From contig NC_092678.1 of NCBI RefSeq assembly GCF_964355755.1, forward strand, positions 760,422 to 824,421: a DNA stretch of 64,000 nt, read 5' to 3'. The position numbers and the translations under genes are program-made. This document shows positions 1-12,371 of the stretch, piece by piece; the stretch's first letter is position 1, and each line of letters begins with the position of its first letter. Source of the DNA: Antedon mediterranea. Its lineage: Eukaryota; Animalia; Echinodermata. The notes beneath the pieces were generated by a model that saw only the letters and a list, made by a program, of their open reading frames with translations, did not search any database and was not told the origin of the DNA.

Positions 1-282
1 TTTGGCCAAAATAAAATCAGAATATTTAATGATCGCGCAAATTATGGTCATGACACGGTTGAGTCAGACACTAATCTTATCATCGATATAACAAGCTGCG
101 AGATAGGCGACACTTTATTTAATACCTCTCAGCGACCGGGTGACGTTGGAAATTTGACTAATATTAGTATTAGTTAATATAGGTTAAAAGATTTGCCGTT
201 CCGAATTATTTCCCAATAAATACTTGAATGAAGGGGGTGGCGGCGCCGCGAGGGAGGGGACGGTATATACGAGTATACCACC

Positions 283-2015
283 ACAGCACAAACAGTGTCG
301 AGGAAGGGGTGTATTTAACACCACATCGCAAACAGTTTCGAGGGGAGGGGTATGATTAAAACCAGCGCAAACATAGTGTCGAGGGGAGGGGTGTGATTAA
401 AACCAGTGCAAACACAGTGTCGAAGGAGGGGTGTGATTAAAACCAGCGCAAACACAGTGTCGAGGGGAGGGGTGTGATTAAAACCAGCGCAAACACAGTG
501 TCGAGGGAGGGGTGTGATTAAAACCAGCGCAAACAGTGTCAAGTGAGGGGTGTGATTAAAACCAGCGCAAAAACAGTGTCGAAGGGGGGGGGGGAGGGGT
601 AATTAAAACCAGCGCAAACACAGTGTCGAGGGAGGGGTGTGATTAAAACCAGCGCAAACACAGTGTCGAGGAAAGGGGTGTGATTAAAACCAGCGCAACC
701 ACAGTGTCGAGGGGAGGGTTGTAATTAAAACCAGCGCAAACACAGTGTCGAGGGAGGGGTGTGATTAAAACCAGCGCAAACACAGTGTCGAGGGAGGGGT
801 GTGATTAAAACCAGCGCAACCACAGTGTCGAGGGGAGGGTTGTAATTAAAGCCAGCGCAAACACAGTGTCGAGGGGAGGTTGATTAAAACCTGCGCAAAC
901 ACAGTGTCGAGGGGAGGGTTGTAATTAAAGCCAGCGCAAACACAGTGTCGAGGGGAGGTTGATTAAAACCTGCGCAAACACAGTGTCGAGGGGAGGGGTG
1001 TGATTAAAACCAGCGCAACCACAGTGTCGAGGGAGTGGTGTGATTAAAACCAGCGGAAACACACTGTCGAGAGGAGGGTGTGATTAAAACCAGCGCAAAC
1101 ACAGTGTCGAGGGGAGGTTGATTAAAACCAGCGCAAACACAGTGTCGAGGGGAGGTTGATTAAAACCAGCGCAAACACAGTGTCGAAGGAGGGGTGTGAT
1201 TAAAACATGCGCAAACAACACAGTGTCAAGGGGAGGGGTGTGATTAAAACCAGCGCAACCACAGTGTCGAGGGAGTGGTGTGATTAAAACCAGCGCAACC
1301 ACAGTGTCGAGGGGAGGGTTGTAATTAAAGCCAGCGCAAACACAGTGTCGAGGGGAGGTTGATTAAAACCTGCGCAAACACAGTGTCGAGGGGAGGGTTG
1401 TAATTAAAGCCAGCGCAAACACAGTGTCGAGGGGAGGTTGATTAAAACCTGCGCAAACACAGTGTCGAGGGGAGGGGTGTGATTAAAACCAGCGCAACCA
1501 CAGTGTCGAGGGAGTGGTGTGATTAAAACCAGCGGAAACACACTGTCGAGAGGAGGGTGTGATTAAAACCAGCGCAAACACAGTGTCGAGGGGAGGTTGA
1601 TTAAAACCAGCGCAAACACAGTGTCGAGGGGAGGTTGATTAAAACCAGCGCAAACACAGTGTCGAAGGAGGGGTGTGATTAAAACATGCGCAAACAACAC
1701 AGTGTCAAGGGGAGGGGTGTGATTAAAACCAGCGCAACCACAGTGTCGAGGGAGTGGTGTGATTAAAACCAGCGGAAACACACTGTCGAGAGGAGGGTGT
1801 GATTAAAACCAGCGCAAACACAGTGTCGAGGGGAGGTTGATTAAAACCAGCGCAAACACAGTGTCGAGGGGAGGTTGATTAAAACCTGCGCAAACACAGT
1901 GTCGAGGGGAGGGGTGTGATTAAAACCAGCGCAAACACAGTGTCGAGGGGAGGTTGATTAAAACCAGCGCAAACACAGTGTCGAGAGGAGGGTGTGATTA
2001 AAACCAGCGCAAACA
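283..2015. repeat. G-rich minisatellite, ~38-42 bp unit (GATTAAAACCAGCGCAAACACAGTGTCGAGGGGAGGGGTGT), with a ~479 bp higher-order duplication
   Basis: Unit is read directly from the sequence. Near-identical ORFs 1084-1302 and 1563-1781 lie 479 bp apart, showing a block duplication. Confidence 0.95.
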
Positions 2016-2520
2016 GAGGGTATTATTTTTTACATGCTTCAGCAAGAATGATTAGTTATTTAATCAATAATTAACTCCAATTAACCCTAGCATTGTCATC
2101 TGGTTATACATATGGTACAATTTATTCCGTCACACTAATTATAAAACTATGTAGATATTCGAGTTGTTTGTTTCTAGTTGTGATTCATTCACCTTTCTCT
2201 AATAATCTTAGTATTATATATCATTTCTACAAATAATTTCAATAAAAAATAGTTTTTTATCCAGCACAATATTAAGTTTGTCATATATGTAGATATTTAT
2301 TATTCTGTCGTAGCAAAGGTACGAAATGTGTAAAATCTTTGATTAATTCATATTGCACATTGACAATTTTGAATTACAGTACTGTAGTACCAATCAGGCT
2401 TCCGTTTTTGGTTTTTTTTGCGGCAATTGAATTCTGTACATACGTTTCTGAGAATAAAATTACTTTTTGACTCGAAAGCTGCGTAGTGGCAAAAGTACAG
2501 GATTTTAACCAAAAGACGTC

Positions 2521-4937
2521 TTATATTACAGTTTCAGTCGCAGACGTAGCAGCATCGGCGGCCGTGTATATATCTCTTATCTTATATTTTGAGTAAATTC
2601 TCGGCAGCACTTGAAACAAAAAGGCAACGAAGAACAGTGATCCCATAGCGAAGAAAGCGGTGTTGTACGAACCAGACACGTCATAGATCCACCCTGAAAC
2701 AACAAACATTTATTTGAGGTTTGTAAATACTGTAGCCTATAAGTCGGCCTATTATATACAGTAAAGATATCTAATATTAACTATTTATATATCGTATTGA
2801 GATTATTAATCTTCCTCCTACCTGTAAAGAAACCACCAAGAACACACGAGGGCGCAGTGCTGAACAGTAACACACCCATCGCTTTGGGAAAGTTCCGAAC
2901 TCCAACAATTTCCCTCGAAATAAGGTAAATAAGTGGTAAAGATCCAACCGACCATCCAATAAGAAGAATAGTTAAAACTAAATACACGTAACGTGTGCAA
3001 AATGGTATCAAGAACGTACATACACTCGCCGTTAATAACGTTAAAGAGAGCAGTTTGGATGACGTAATTAAGTTGAATTTAATCGGAACTCCGTTAAACA
3101 GTCGACTTACGAGGTTACCAATACCGAAAATTGTCATTAAAAGTGCCGCGTTATGCTCAGATATACCGATGTCTACGGCATGCGATACAAGATGGTAGGC
3201 AGTACCAATAAACGATACAAAGAAAAAATTCGCTACAATCAAAAGAAATCCAAAAAGAGGATATGTCAGTGGTAACTTTAAATACTCCTTCAGTAATTCT
3301 TTTGATCCTTTTTCCTCCTCCATTATCGCCTTCTTGTCATCATCATCAGCGCGTACTTCAATAAACTTCTCATCTTCTAAACAAATAGTCTTTCTTTCCG
3401 TTGTTTTTGGATCTTTGAAAATAACTACGCCAATGAGAGTTGCATGGAGTACACAGGCCCCTAGGAGTAGTAGAGATCCTCTCCAGCCATACATTGGTCT
3501 TAGTACGTTTATTAAGAAAGGAAATGCGATCAAGCCAACAGCCGTTCCTGCCGTAACAACACCGTTAGCAATTGAGATATTCTCGTCACAGCTAATTCCT
3601 ATGTACGCAACCGTGTTTGTATATGCCACGGAAACACCAAAACCTGCAAATATATAAAATAAAAACGAAAAAAAGCACATAATTTTACATTTAACTGAAA
3701 TCTTTGAATTTAATCCATTGCTCAAATCCGCTATCGGTAAATTGACTTAACGAATGAACGTGATCGCGACGCAACTATTGGCCAATCACAACGCGATGGA
3801 CCATCCATCGTTTGTGATTGGTCGACTCAATTGCATTGCAACTATATCGTTGTTGCGTAGGAAATAGGCTACTTCCTGTAGGAACTATTGTGAAAGGGAA
3901 TGCGATTATACAGCAGAAAAAGCTGTAAAAAGAATAGACTTACCTGTAACAAACGAATGACTGATAAATAATTGCCAAACAGATTGAACTCGAGATGACA
4001 AGATAAGACCACCTGATGTTAGTAATGTACCCAACATTATAGTTCGTCTATATCCAATTTTGAGGACGATTAACGTGCCAATCGGACCTATAGAAAAAAA
4101 CAGAAAATATAGAAAAGAAAATCACTTATAAATAATGACTAATCTAATTGTTTACTTGTATCAGAAGACTGGTCGTCGTTCACATTTATGTTAGGCGTGG
4201 ACATTGTATAGGTCAATCAAAGCGACCTTGATCAGTTTGACCCGTCCGGTCCAGGCAGGGAGTTGTAATCCCTGGTCCAGGTAATCCTTTATCCTCTTAT
4301 TTCCGTATTATAAATTATTACATTTTTCTATTTCCTTTAAAAAAATATAATTCAGATATCCTAAATAAAACAGAATGATTGAATAGGGCCTACCATCCAA
4401 TACACCAGTGCACAGGGTAGGCTCACATTATTCGGCGATTACGTACGTATAATACGTTTACATTATACTATAGTATATCAATGCAAGGAGGCCTACATTT
4501 GATATAGGCTAGTTTACCACTTTTTCTGACTGCATTATTTAATATAATGCTACAGACTTGGTTCCAGTCAAATTCTATTAAATATGGCTATAGGCCTACA
4601 CATGCCATGTTTGGTTACATTATGATTTGTTTTTAGTTCCGACAATTAGGCCTAAAAAAAGGTACAACGTTAGCTAAATTATTTACGTAAAAAGTACAAT
4701 TTAATTACCGAATAAGTTGATATTAGTAGCAAGTAGACTGGAAGCTGCTCCCAACACTCCCAACCCTGCATTTAATTCGTCTGCTAAGTCATTGAGATAA
4801 ACACCAAAACATAAAGTAAGTCCATCAGTTAAAATCAAAACAATATGCGCACCGATCACCAAGACAACGGTTCTCAGCAGAGATGCTTTTCTTTCTTCTG
4901 TTTCCTTCATGTTTTCGGCAACACTACGTTGTTCCAT
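2521..4937 (-). CDS. SLC16/monocarboxylate transporter-like MFS protein, paralogue 1; exons 4709-4937, 3944-4087, 2822-3643, 2521-2693
   Basis: GT-AG introns join in frame (all phase 1). Shows MFS hydrophobic helices and SLC16-type motifs (GPIG..IGYRRT, YGWRGSLLLLG, GWIYDVSGSYNTAF). The start codon is uncertain (ATG at 4937 or the downstream MKETEERK ATG). Confidence 0.88.
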
Positions 4938-5208
4938 TGCAATCAAAATCAACTACTACGACGTCAATTATGATCGATTATTTTGTCAATGACACGGCAT
5001 AGCCGCCATGATTGCACACACAATAGACACTTGATATTAGTGTTTGTCTTCCACCGTTCAATCAACTAACAAATTCATATACAGTAGATGACAATTAACC
5101 TTATCAAACCTTGATAACGGATTCGAACAAATTAGCCTATAACAGACCACGATTATATTGCGTCATATCCGTTTTGCGCACAGAACATATTCACTTTAAC
5201 AGAAATCT

Positions 5209-7367
5209 GGGTTTGTACCCTATAAGATGGTTTGTACCCTATAAGATGGTTTGTACCCTATAAGATGGTTTGTACCCTATAAGATGGTTTGTACCCTATA
5301 AGATGGTTTGTACCCTATAAGATGGTTTGTACCCTATACGATGGTTTGTACCCTATACGATGGTTTGTACCCTATAAGATGGTTTGTACCCTATAAGATG
5401 GTTTGTACCCTATAAGATGGTTTGTACCCTATAAGATGGTTTGTACCCTATAAGATGGTTTGTACCCTATAAGATGGTTTGTACCCTATACGATGGTTTG
5501 TACCCTATACGATGGTTTGTACCCTATAAGATGGTTTGTACCATATAAGATGGTTTGTACCCTATAAGATGGTTTGTACCCTATAAGATGGTTTGTACCC
5601 TATAAGATGGTTTGTACCCTATACGATGGTTTGTACCCTATACGATGGTTTGTACCCTATAAGATGGTTTGTACCCTATAAGATGGTTTGTACCCTATAA
5701 GATGGTTTGTACCCTATAAGATGGTTTGTACCCTATAAGATGGTTTGTACCCTATAAGATGGTTTGTACCCTATACGATGGTTTGTACCCTATACGATGG
5801 TTTGTACCCTATAAGATGGTTTGTACCATATAAGATGGTTTGTACCCTATAAGATGGTTTGTACCCTATAAGATGGTTTGTACCCTATAAGATGGTTTGT
5901 ACCCTATAAGATGGTTTGTACCCTATAAGATGGTTTGTACCCTATACGATGGTTTGTACCCTATAAGATGGTTTGTACCCTATAAGATGGTTTGTACCCT
6001 ATAAGATGGTTTGTACCCTATAAGATGGTTTGTACCCTATAAGATGGTTTGTACCCTATAAGATGGTTTGTACCCTATAAGATGGTTTGTACCCTATAAG
6101 ATCTTTGGTTTGTACTCTATAAGATGTTTGGTTTGTACCATATAAGATGGTTTGTACCCTATAAGATGTTTGGTTTGTACCCTATAAGATGTTTGGTTTG
6201 TACCCTATAAGATGTTTGGTTTGTACCCTTTAAGATGTTTGGTTTGTACCCTATAAGATGTTTGGTTTCTACCCTATAAGATGTTTGGTTTGTACCCTAT
6301 AAGATGTTTGGTTTGTACCCTATAAGATGTTTGGTTTGTACCCTATAAGATGTTTGGTTTGTACCCTATAAGATGTTTGGTTTGTACCCTATAAGATGTT
6401 TGGTTTGTACCCTATAAGATGTTTGGTTTGTACCCTATAAGATGTTTGGTTTGTACCCTATAAGATGTTTGGTTTGTACCCTATAAGATGTTTGGTTTGT
6501 ACCCTATAAGATGTTTGGTTTGTACCCTATAAGATGTTTGGTTTGTACCCTATAAGATGTTTGGTTTGTACCCTATAAGATGTTTGGTTTGTACCCTATA
6601 AGATGTTTGGTTTGTACCCTATAAGATGTTTGGTTTGTACCCTATAAGATGTTTGGTTTGTACCCTATAAGATGTTTGGTTTGTACCCTATAAGATGTTT
6701 GGTTTGTACCCTATAAGATGTTTGGTTTGTACCCTATAAGATGTTTGGTTTGTACCCTATAAGATGTTTGGTTTCTACCCTATAAGATGTTTGGTTTGTA
6801 CCCTATAAGATGTTTGGTTTGTACCCTATAAGATGTTTGGTTTGTACCCTATAAGATGTTTGGTTTGTACCCTATAAGATGTTTGGTTTGTACCTTATAA
6901 GATGTTTGGTTTGTACCCTATAAGATGTTTGGTTTGTACCCTATAAGATGTTTGGTTTGTACCCTATAAGATGTTTGGTTTGTACCCTATAAGATGTTTG
7001 GTTTGTACCCTATAAGATGTTTGGTTTGTACCCTATAAGATGTTTGGTTTGTACCCTATAAGATGTTTGGTTTGTACCCTATAAGATGTTTGGTTTGTAC
7101 CTTATAAGATGTTTGGTTTGTACCTTATAAGATGTTTGGTTTGTACTCTATAAGATGTTTGGTTTGTACCCTATAAGATGTTTGGTTTGTACCCTATAAG
7201 ATGTTTGGTTTGTACCCTATAAGATGTTTGGTTTGTACCCTATAAGATGTTTGGTTTGTACCCTATAAGATGTTTGGTTTGTACCCTATAAGATGTTTGG
7301 TTTGTACCTTATAAGATGTTTGGTTTGTACCCTATAAGATGTTTGGTTTCTACCCTATAAGATGTTT
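5209..7367. repeat. Two-phase minisatellite: 19 bp GGTTTGTACCCTATAAGAT, switching near 6100 to 23 bp GTTTGGTTTGTACCCTATAAGAT
   Basis: Directly visible tandem array of about 2.15 kb. Confidence 0.97.
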
Positions 7368-7699
7368 ACCGATTTGTACCAAAAATATTCATTAGAAACG
7401 AATAATATTTAAAAGGAATAGAATAAACACTCACGTAAAATGCCAACACTAAAATTATAATTTTACAATTTAAATTAAAAAAATAAATTAATAACTACAT
7501 TCTGAAACGCTGCATAATAAATTATATAAATAAATATACGACTGTGTTACATTATATGATTCCTATTTTAATAATGTTATTTCTAAATTAAATTTTACCG
7601 AATTTTCTAATTAATGTATGTTTTTCTGCAAACAGAAAACAGTACGGGTCGCAATAATAGTTGACGAGCCAGATCGTATTGATTGTGCGATCATTCGGG

Positions 7700-8095
7700 A
7701 AAATACGCTAACACGCGCGCGGCTATTGAGTCCTGAAAATACGCTAACACGCGCGGCTATTGAGTCCTTAAAATACGCTAACACGCGCGGCTATTGAGTC
7801 CTGAAAATACGCTAACACGCGCGGCTATTGAGTCCTTAAAATACGCTAACACGCGCGGCTATTGAGTCCTGAAAATACGCTAACACGCGCGGCTATTGAG
7901 TCCTTAAAATACGCTTACATGCGCGCGGCTATTGAGTCGTCCTGAAAATACGCTAACACGCGCGGCTATTGAGTCCTTAAAATACGCTAACACGCGCGGC
8001 TATTGAGTCCTGAAAATACGCTAACACGCGCGGCTATTGAGTCCTTAAAATACGCTTACATGCGCGCGGCTATTGAGTCGTCCTGAAAATACGCA
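7700..8095. repeat. ~34 bp CpG-rich minisatellite (AAAATACGCTAACACGCGCGGCTATTGAGTCCTG/TT) with alternating variants
   Basis: About 11 tandem units are directly visible. Confidence 0.93.
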
Positions 8096-8195
8096 TATTA
8101 TTTCAATGAGCCTGCGTAGAATGACTTTTTGACTTGACAGCAGTATAGTGGCACGTCAATAAAACAAGATTTGAACCAGGAAATTCAATGACGTC

Positions 8196-10677
8196 TCATA
8201 TTACAGTTTCAGTCGCAGACTGTGCAGCACCGGTGGCCGTGTATATATCTCTTACCTTATATTTTAAGTAGTAAAATCTTGGAAGCACTTGAAACAAAAA
8301 GGCAACGAAGAACAGTGATCCCATAGCGAAGAAAGCGGTGTTGTACGAACCAGACACGTCATAGATCCACCCTGAAAACAACATACAAACATTTATTTAT
8401 AAGTCGGCATATTATATACAGTTATATCTAATAATAATTATATTATTATTAAACTTACCTGTAAAGAAACCGCCAACCACACCCGAGGGCGCAGTACTGA
8501 ACAGTAATACACCCATCGCTTTGGGAAAGTTCCGAACTCCAACGATTTCTCTCGAAATAAGGTAAATAAGCGGAAGAGATCCACCAACCGACCATCCTAT
8601 AATGAGAATGCTTCCAGCTAAAGATGCGTAACGTGTGCAAAATGGTATCAAGAACGTACACAAACTCGCCGTTAATAACGTTAAAGCAAACAGTTTGGAT
8701 GACGTAATAAAGTTGAATTTAATCGGAACTCCGTTAAACAGCCGACTTACGAGGTTACCAATACCGAAAATTGTCATTAAAAGTGCCGCGTTATGCTCAG
8801 ATATACCGATGTCTACGGCATGCGATACAAGATGGTAGGCAGTACCAATAAACGATAAATAAAATAAATTCGCTATAATCAACATAAATCCAAAAAGAGG
8901 ATACGTTAGTGGTAACTTTAAATACTCTTTAAATAATTCTTTTGTTCCTTTTTCCTCCTCAATTATCTCCTTCTTTTTGTCATCATCATCATCATCATCA
9001 GCGCGTACTTCAATAAACTTCTGATCTTCTTTCATTGTTTTTGGATCTTTAAAAATAACTAGACTAATGAGAGATGCATGGAGTACACAGGCCCCTAGGA
9101 GTAGTAGAGATCCTCTCCAGCCATACATTGATCTTAGTACGTTTATTAAGAAAGGAAAGGTGATCAAGGCAACAGCCGTTCCTGCCGTAACAACACCATT
9201 AGCAATTGATACGTGCTCGTCACAGCTAATTCCTATAAACGCAACCGTGTTTGAAAATACCATTGAAACGCCAAAACCTGCAGACACAAAATACAAATAT
9301 ATCTGACATTGAATGTTGCAAGTTGTATAGTTACTTTTTACGTAAAAAGGGATGTAATATATATTTGGCAGATTTCCTAGCGGAGTATATTTAACAAAGG
9401 AATCTAGGTCAATACATTTTTTAACCAGTAGGGCCTAATTTTCCCACCAAAGATGAGATTTGTTTTATTGTTTTAAATCGAAAATGTTCTTGGCTTTCAC
9501 AATTTATATACGTGTTATATAGGGCCTATGTTATTCAAGAATACATTTTAATCTATCATCTGGGATAACGACGGCTTGAACAAAAAATGCAATTAAACAG
9601 AATTACCTGTAATTAATGAAAAAGTGATAAATAGTTGCCAGACAGATTGTACTCGAGATGACAAGATAAGACCAACTGTTGTTAGTAATGTACCCAACAT
9701 TATAGTTCGTCTATATCCAATTTTGAGGACGATTAACGTGCCAATCGGACCTATAGAAAAAACAGAAAATCAGTCTTTTAAAACATTTTGACATTAAAAT
9801 TCACTACAGCTGTGACAACTCCTTTCCGGGTACACTTTTTTTTATTGGGCGGAATACTTTTTAGGTCTCTGTAGATAAACGTGCCAATCGGACCTTGAGA
9901 AAAAGGCAACAAATCACCCATAACAGTTAGGCATATTTTAGTTTAGGCCTACTTATTGGACTCGGATCCGGTCCAGCACATCCGTTCTCGTCTAGATCAT
10001 GAATTGGCTTAATAAGTAAATGATGATTGACCGCAATGATTTCCTTATATTTACACTCCCTTATTGTGGTATGCAAAACCCACAATAATATTGTATACGG
10101 GTTTTTCATTAAAACTGCGCAATGGTTTGTCTGTTTTATTTGATATAAATTAGACTTCAGAAAGAATGTAGGCCTACATATCTAATTAAAGAATCTAAAG
10201 GTCTAACTAAACTATTAAACTTTATGTGATGTGCTCATATGGACATAATGTCATATTATCTTCACTACCATATTTGAAGTGATTGATTAGTGATTACACT
10301 CGTCCCTGGAGAGCCTTTACTATTATAGTGATGTATTCATTCATAATACGAAGGCAAGACTGACATACGTTGTCGAGACGTAGGACATAAGCCTACGCCT
10401 TCAACCAGTTCCTAACGTACTATGATGGGCCTTCTACTAAATTAAATTATTACGTAGGCTACAAATTATATTTACCAAATAAGTGCAGAATTGTATTGAG
10501 TAAACTGGATGCTGCTCCTAACACTCCTAAACCTACATTTAATTCGTCAGCTAAGTCATTCAGATAAACACCAAAACATAAAGTAAGTCCATCAGTTAAA
10601 ATCAAAACAATATGCGCACCGATCACCAAGACAACGGTTCTCAGCAGAGATGCTTTTCTTTCTTCTGTTTCCTTCAT
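8196..10677 (-). CDS. SLC16/monocarboxylate transporter-like MFS protein, paralogue 2; exons 10476-10677, 9607-9750, 8459-9277, 8196-8371
   Basis: Same exon structure (144 bp exon 2) and high identity to paralogue 1, with in-frame GT-AG junctions. The start is uncertain. Confidence 0.88.
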
Positions 10678-11513
10678 GTTTTCCTGATTCAACAAGTTTC
10701 GTTTCGTCGCATTTGTGCTGCTGGCTGCATATACCGGTACCAATAGAAACAAAATGGTGTTGCGTATAATAATATACAATAATATAACATAATATAACCA
10801 ATTGGTATTGGTATTAGGTGATTACATTATGTAGGAAATATTGCGTCATGTCCGACTTTTAAAAACACGCAGAACATTATTATGTTAACCGAAAACAGTT
10901 AAAAAATTATTTATAATCTGAATTTATACGTCCTGTACATTCTTTCTATTTATGCATTCAATAACAAATGAAATAATTCAAGAACAAATCAATATATTTA
11001 ACAGCAATACACAATAATAAACATCAACGTAAAACCACAACACTAAAATAAACTAATTCTGAAATGCTATTGTGTTTAAATACAAACAAAAGGCGGCATA
11101 ATAATGACTGTAACCATTTTGTTTTATTCACAAGGGAGTTGACCAATCCAACACAAGGGAGTTGACCAATCACAAGTGAAATTCGGCTGATCCATCGCGC
11201 TATGATTGGTCAAATTACCTGCGTTGCGCGTATATCTGCGTTGCGTATTGTGGCAGAACCACAATATACTTTTTCTATGCCATGTAGTGTTGTTGTCGTG
11301 AAAAAAAAATCTTGCTATTGCCACCTGTTTGGTTTAGTACCAGTAAATTAATCATTAATATAATAATAATTAATCAAACCATATTGTCTAGTTCATTATA
11401 GGATTTAAAATATTTACATATGTGCATTTTAATAACAAAGAAAATGTGTGAAAATTCTGCCTGGAATATTGCATTTGAATGTTATTATTGATATAAATCA
11501 ACATAAATTATTG

Positions 11514-12347
11514 TGGTGTAGTTTGCATCAATGGCAGCATCCAGTCTATCAGCTGAGGGTCTGTCAGTTCACCACCATATAAGGGATTAAACATCAATTG
11601 AAGACGTCTGATGACATAAACTACTGTGGCAGCTCTTGTGTAGTTTGCATCAATGGCAGCATCCAGTCTATCAGCTGAGGGACTGTCAGTTCACCACCAT
11701 ATAAGGGATTAAACATCAATTGAAGACGTCTGATGACATAAACTACTGTGGCAGCTCTGGTGTAGTTTGCATCAATGGCAGCATCCAGTCTATCAGCTGA
11801 GGGTCTGTCAGTTCACCACCATATAAGGGATCAAACATCAATTGAAGACTTCTGATGACATAAACTACTGTGGCAGCTCTGGTGTAGTTTGAATCAATGG
11901 CAGCATCCAGTCTATCAGCTGAGGGTCTGTCAGTTCACCACCATATAAGGGATTAAACATCAATTGAAGACGTCTGATGACATAAACTACTGTGGCAGCT
12001 CTGGTGTAGTTTGCATCAATGGCAGCATCCAGTCTATCAGCTGAGGGTCTGTCAGTTCACCACCATATAAGGGATTAAACATCAATTGAAGACTTCTGAT
12101 GACATAAACTACTGTGGCAGCTCTTGTGTAGTTTGCATCAATGGCAGCATCCAGTCTATCAGCTGAGGGACTGTCAGTTCACCACCATATAAGGGATCAA
12201 ACATCAATTGAAGACTTCTGATGACATAAACTACTGTGGCAGCTCTGGTGTAGTTTGCATCAATGGCAGCATCCAGTCTATCAGCTGAGGGTCTGTCAGT
12301 TCACCACCATATAAGGGATCAAACATCATTTCCAAACTTCTGATGAT
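11514..12347 (-). repeat. ~121 bp tandem repeat (about 7 copies) derived from the coding 3' end and stop codon of the CFAP54 last exon
   Basis: Each unit contains the minus-strand sequence encoding ..PLYGGELTDPQLIDWMLPLMQTTPELPQ* with minor variants. The first copy is the real coding end. Confidence 0.9.
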
Positions 12348-12371
12348 GTCCAGTGAAACATCAAATGGAAT
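12231..12371 (-). CDS. CFAP54: CFAP54 terminal coding exon (IPFDVSLDIIRSLEMMFDPLYGGELTDPQLIDWMLPLMQTTPELPQ*)
   Basis: TTTATAG acceptor, 47 codons to TAG, resembles the CFAP54 C-terminus. Absent from the ORF track. Confidence 0.85.
   Translation of the reverse strand: MPFDVSLDIIRSLEMMFDPLYGGELTDPQLIDWMLPLMQTTPELPQ

Noticed and set aside
315-1781. ORFs and CRISPR-like periodicity in the ~40 bp array
   Set aside because: Head-to-tail units with no unique spacers, no cas genes and a eukaryotic context.
2995-3657. Plus-strand ORFs overlapping transporter exon 3 (also 8635-9306)
   Set aside because: Antisense shadows of the real coding exon.
11514-12347. CTGATGA in each 121 bp unit suggesting a hammerhead or retrozyme array, or C/D snoRNAs
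   Set aside because: No GAAA box or stem II follows, and the unit is fully explained as the antisense of the CFAP54 coding end.
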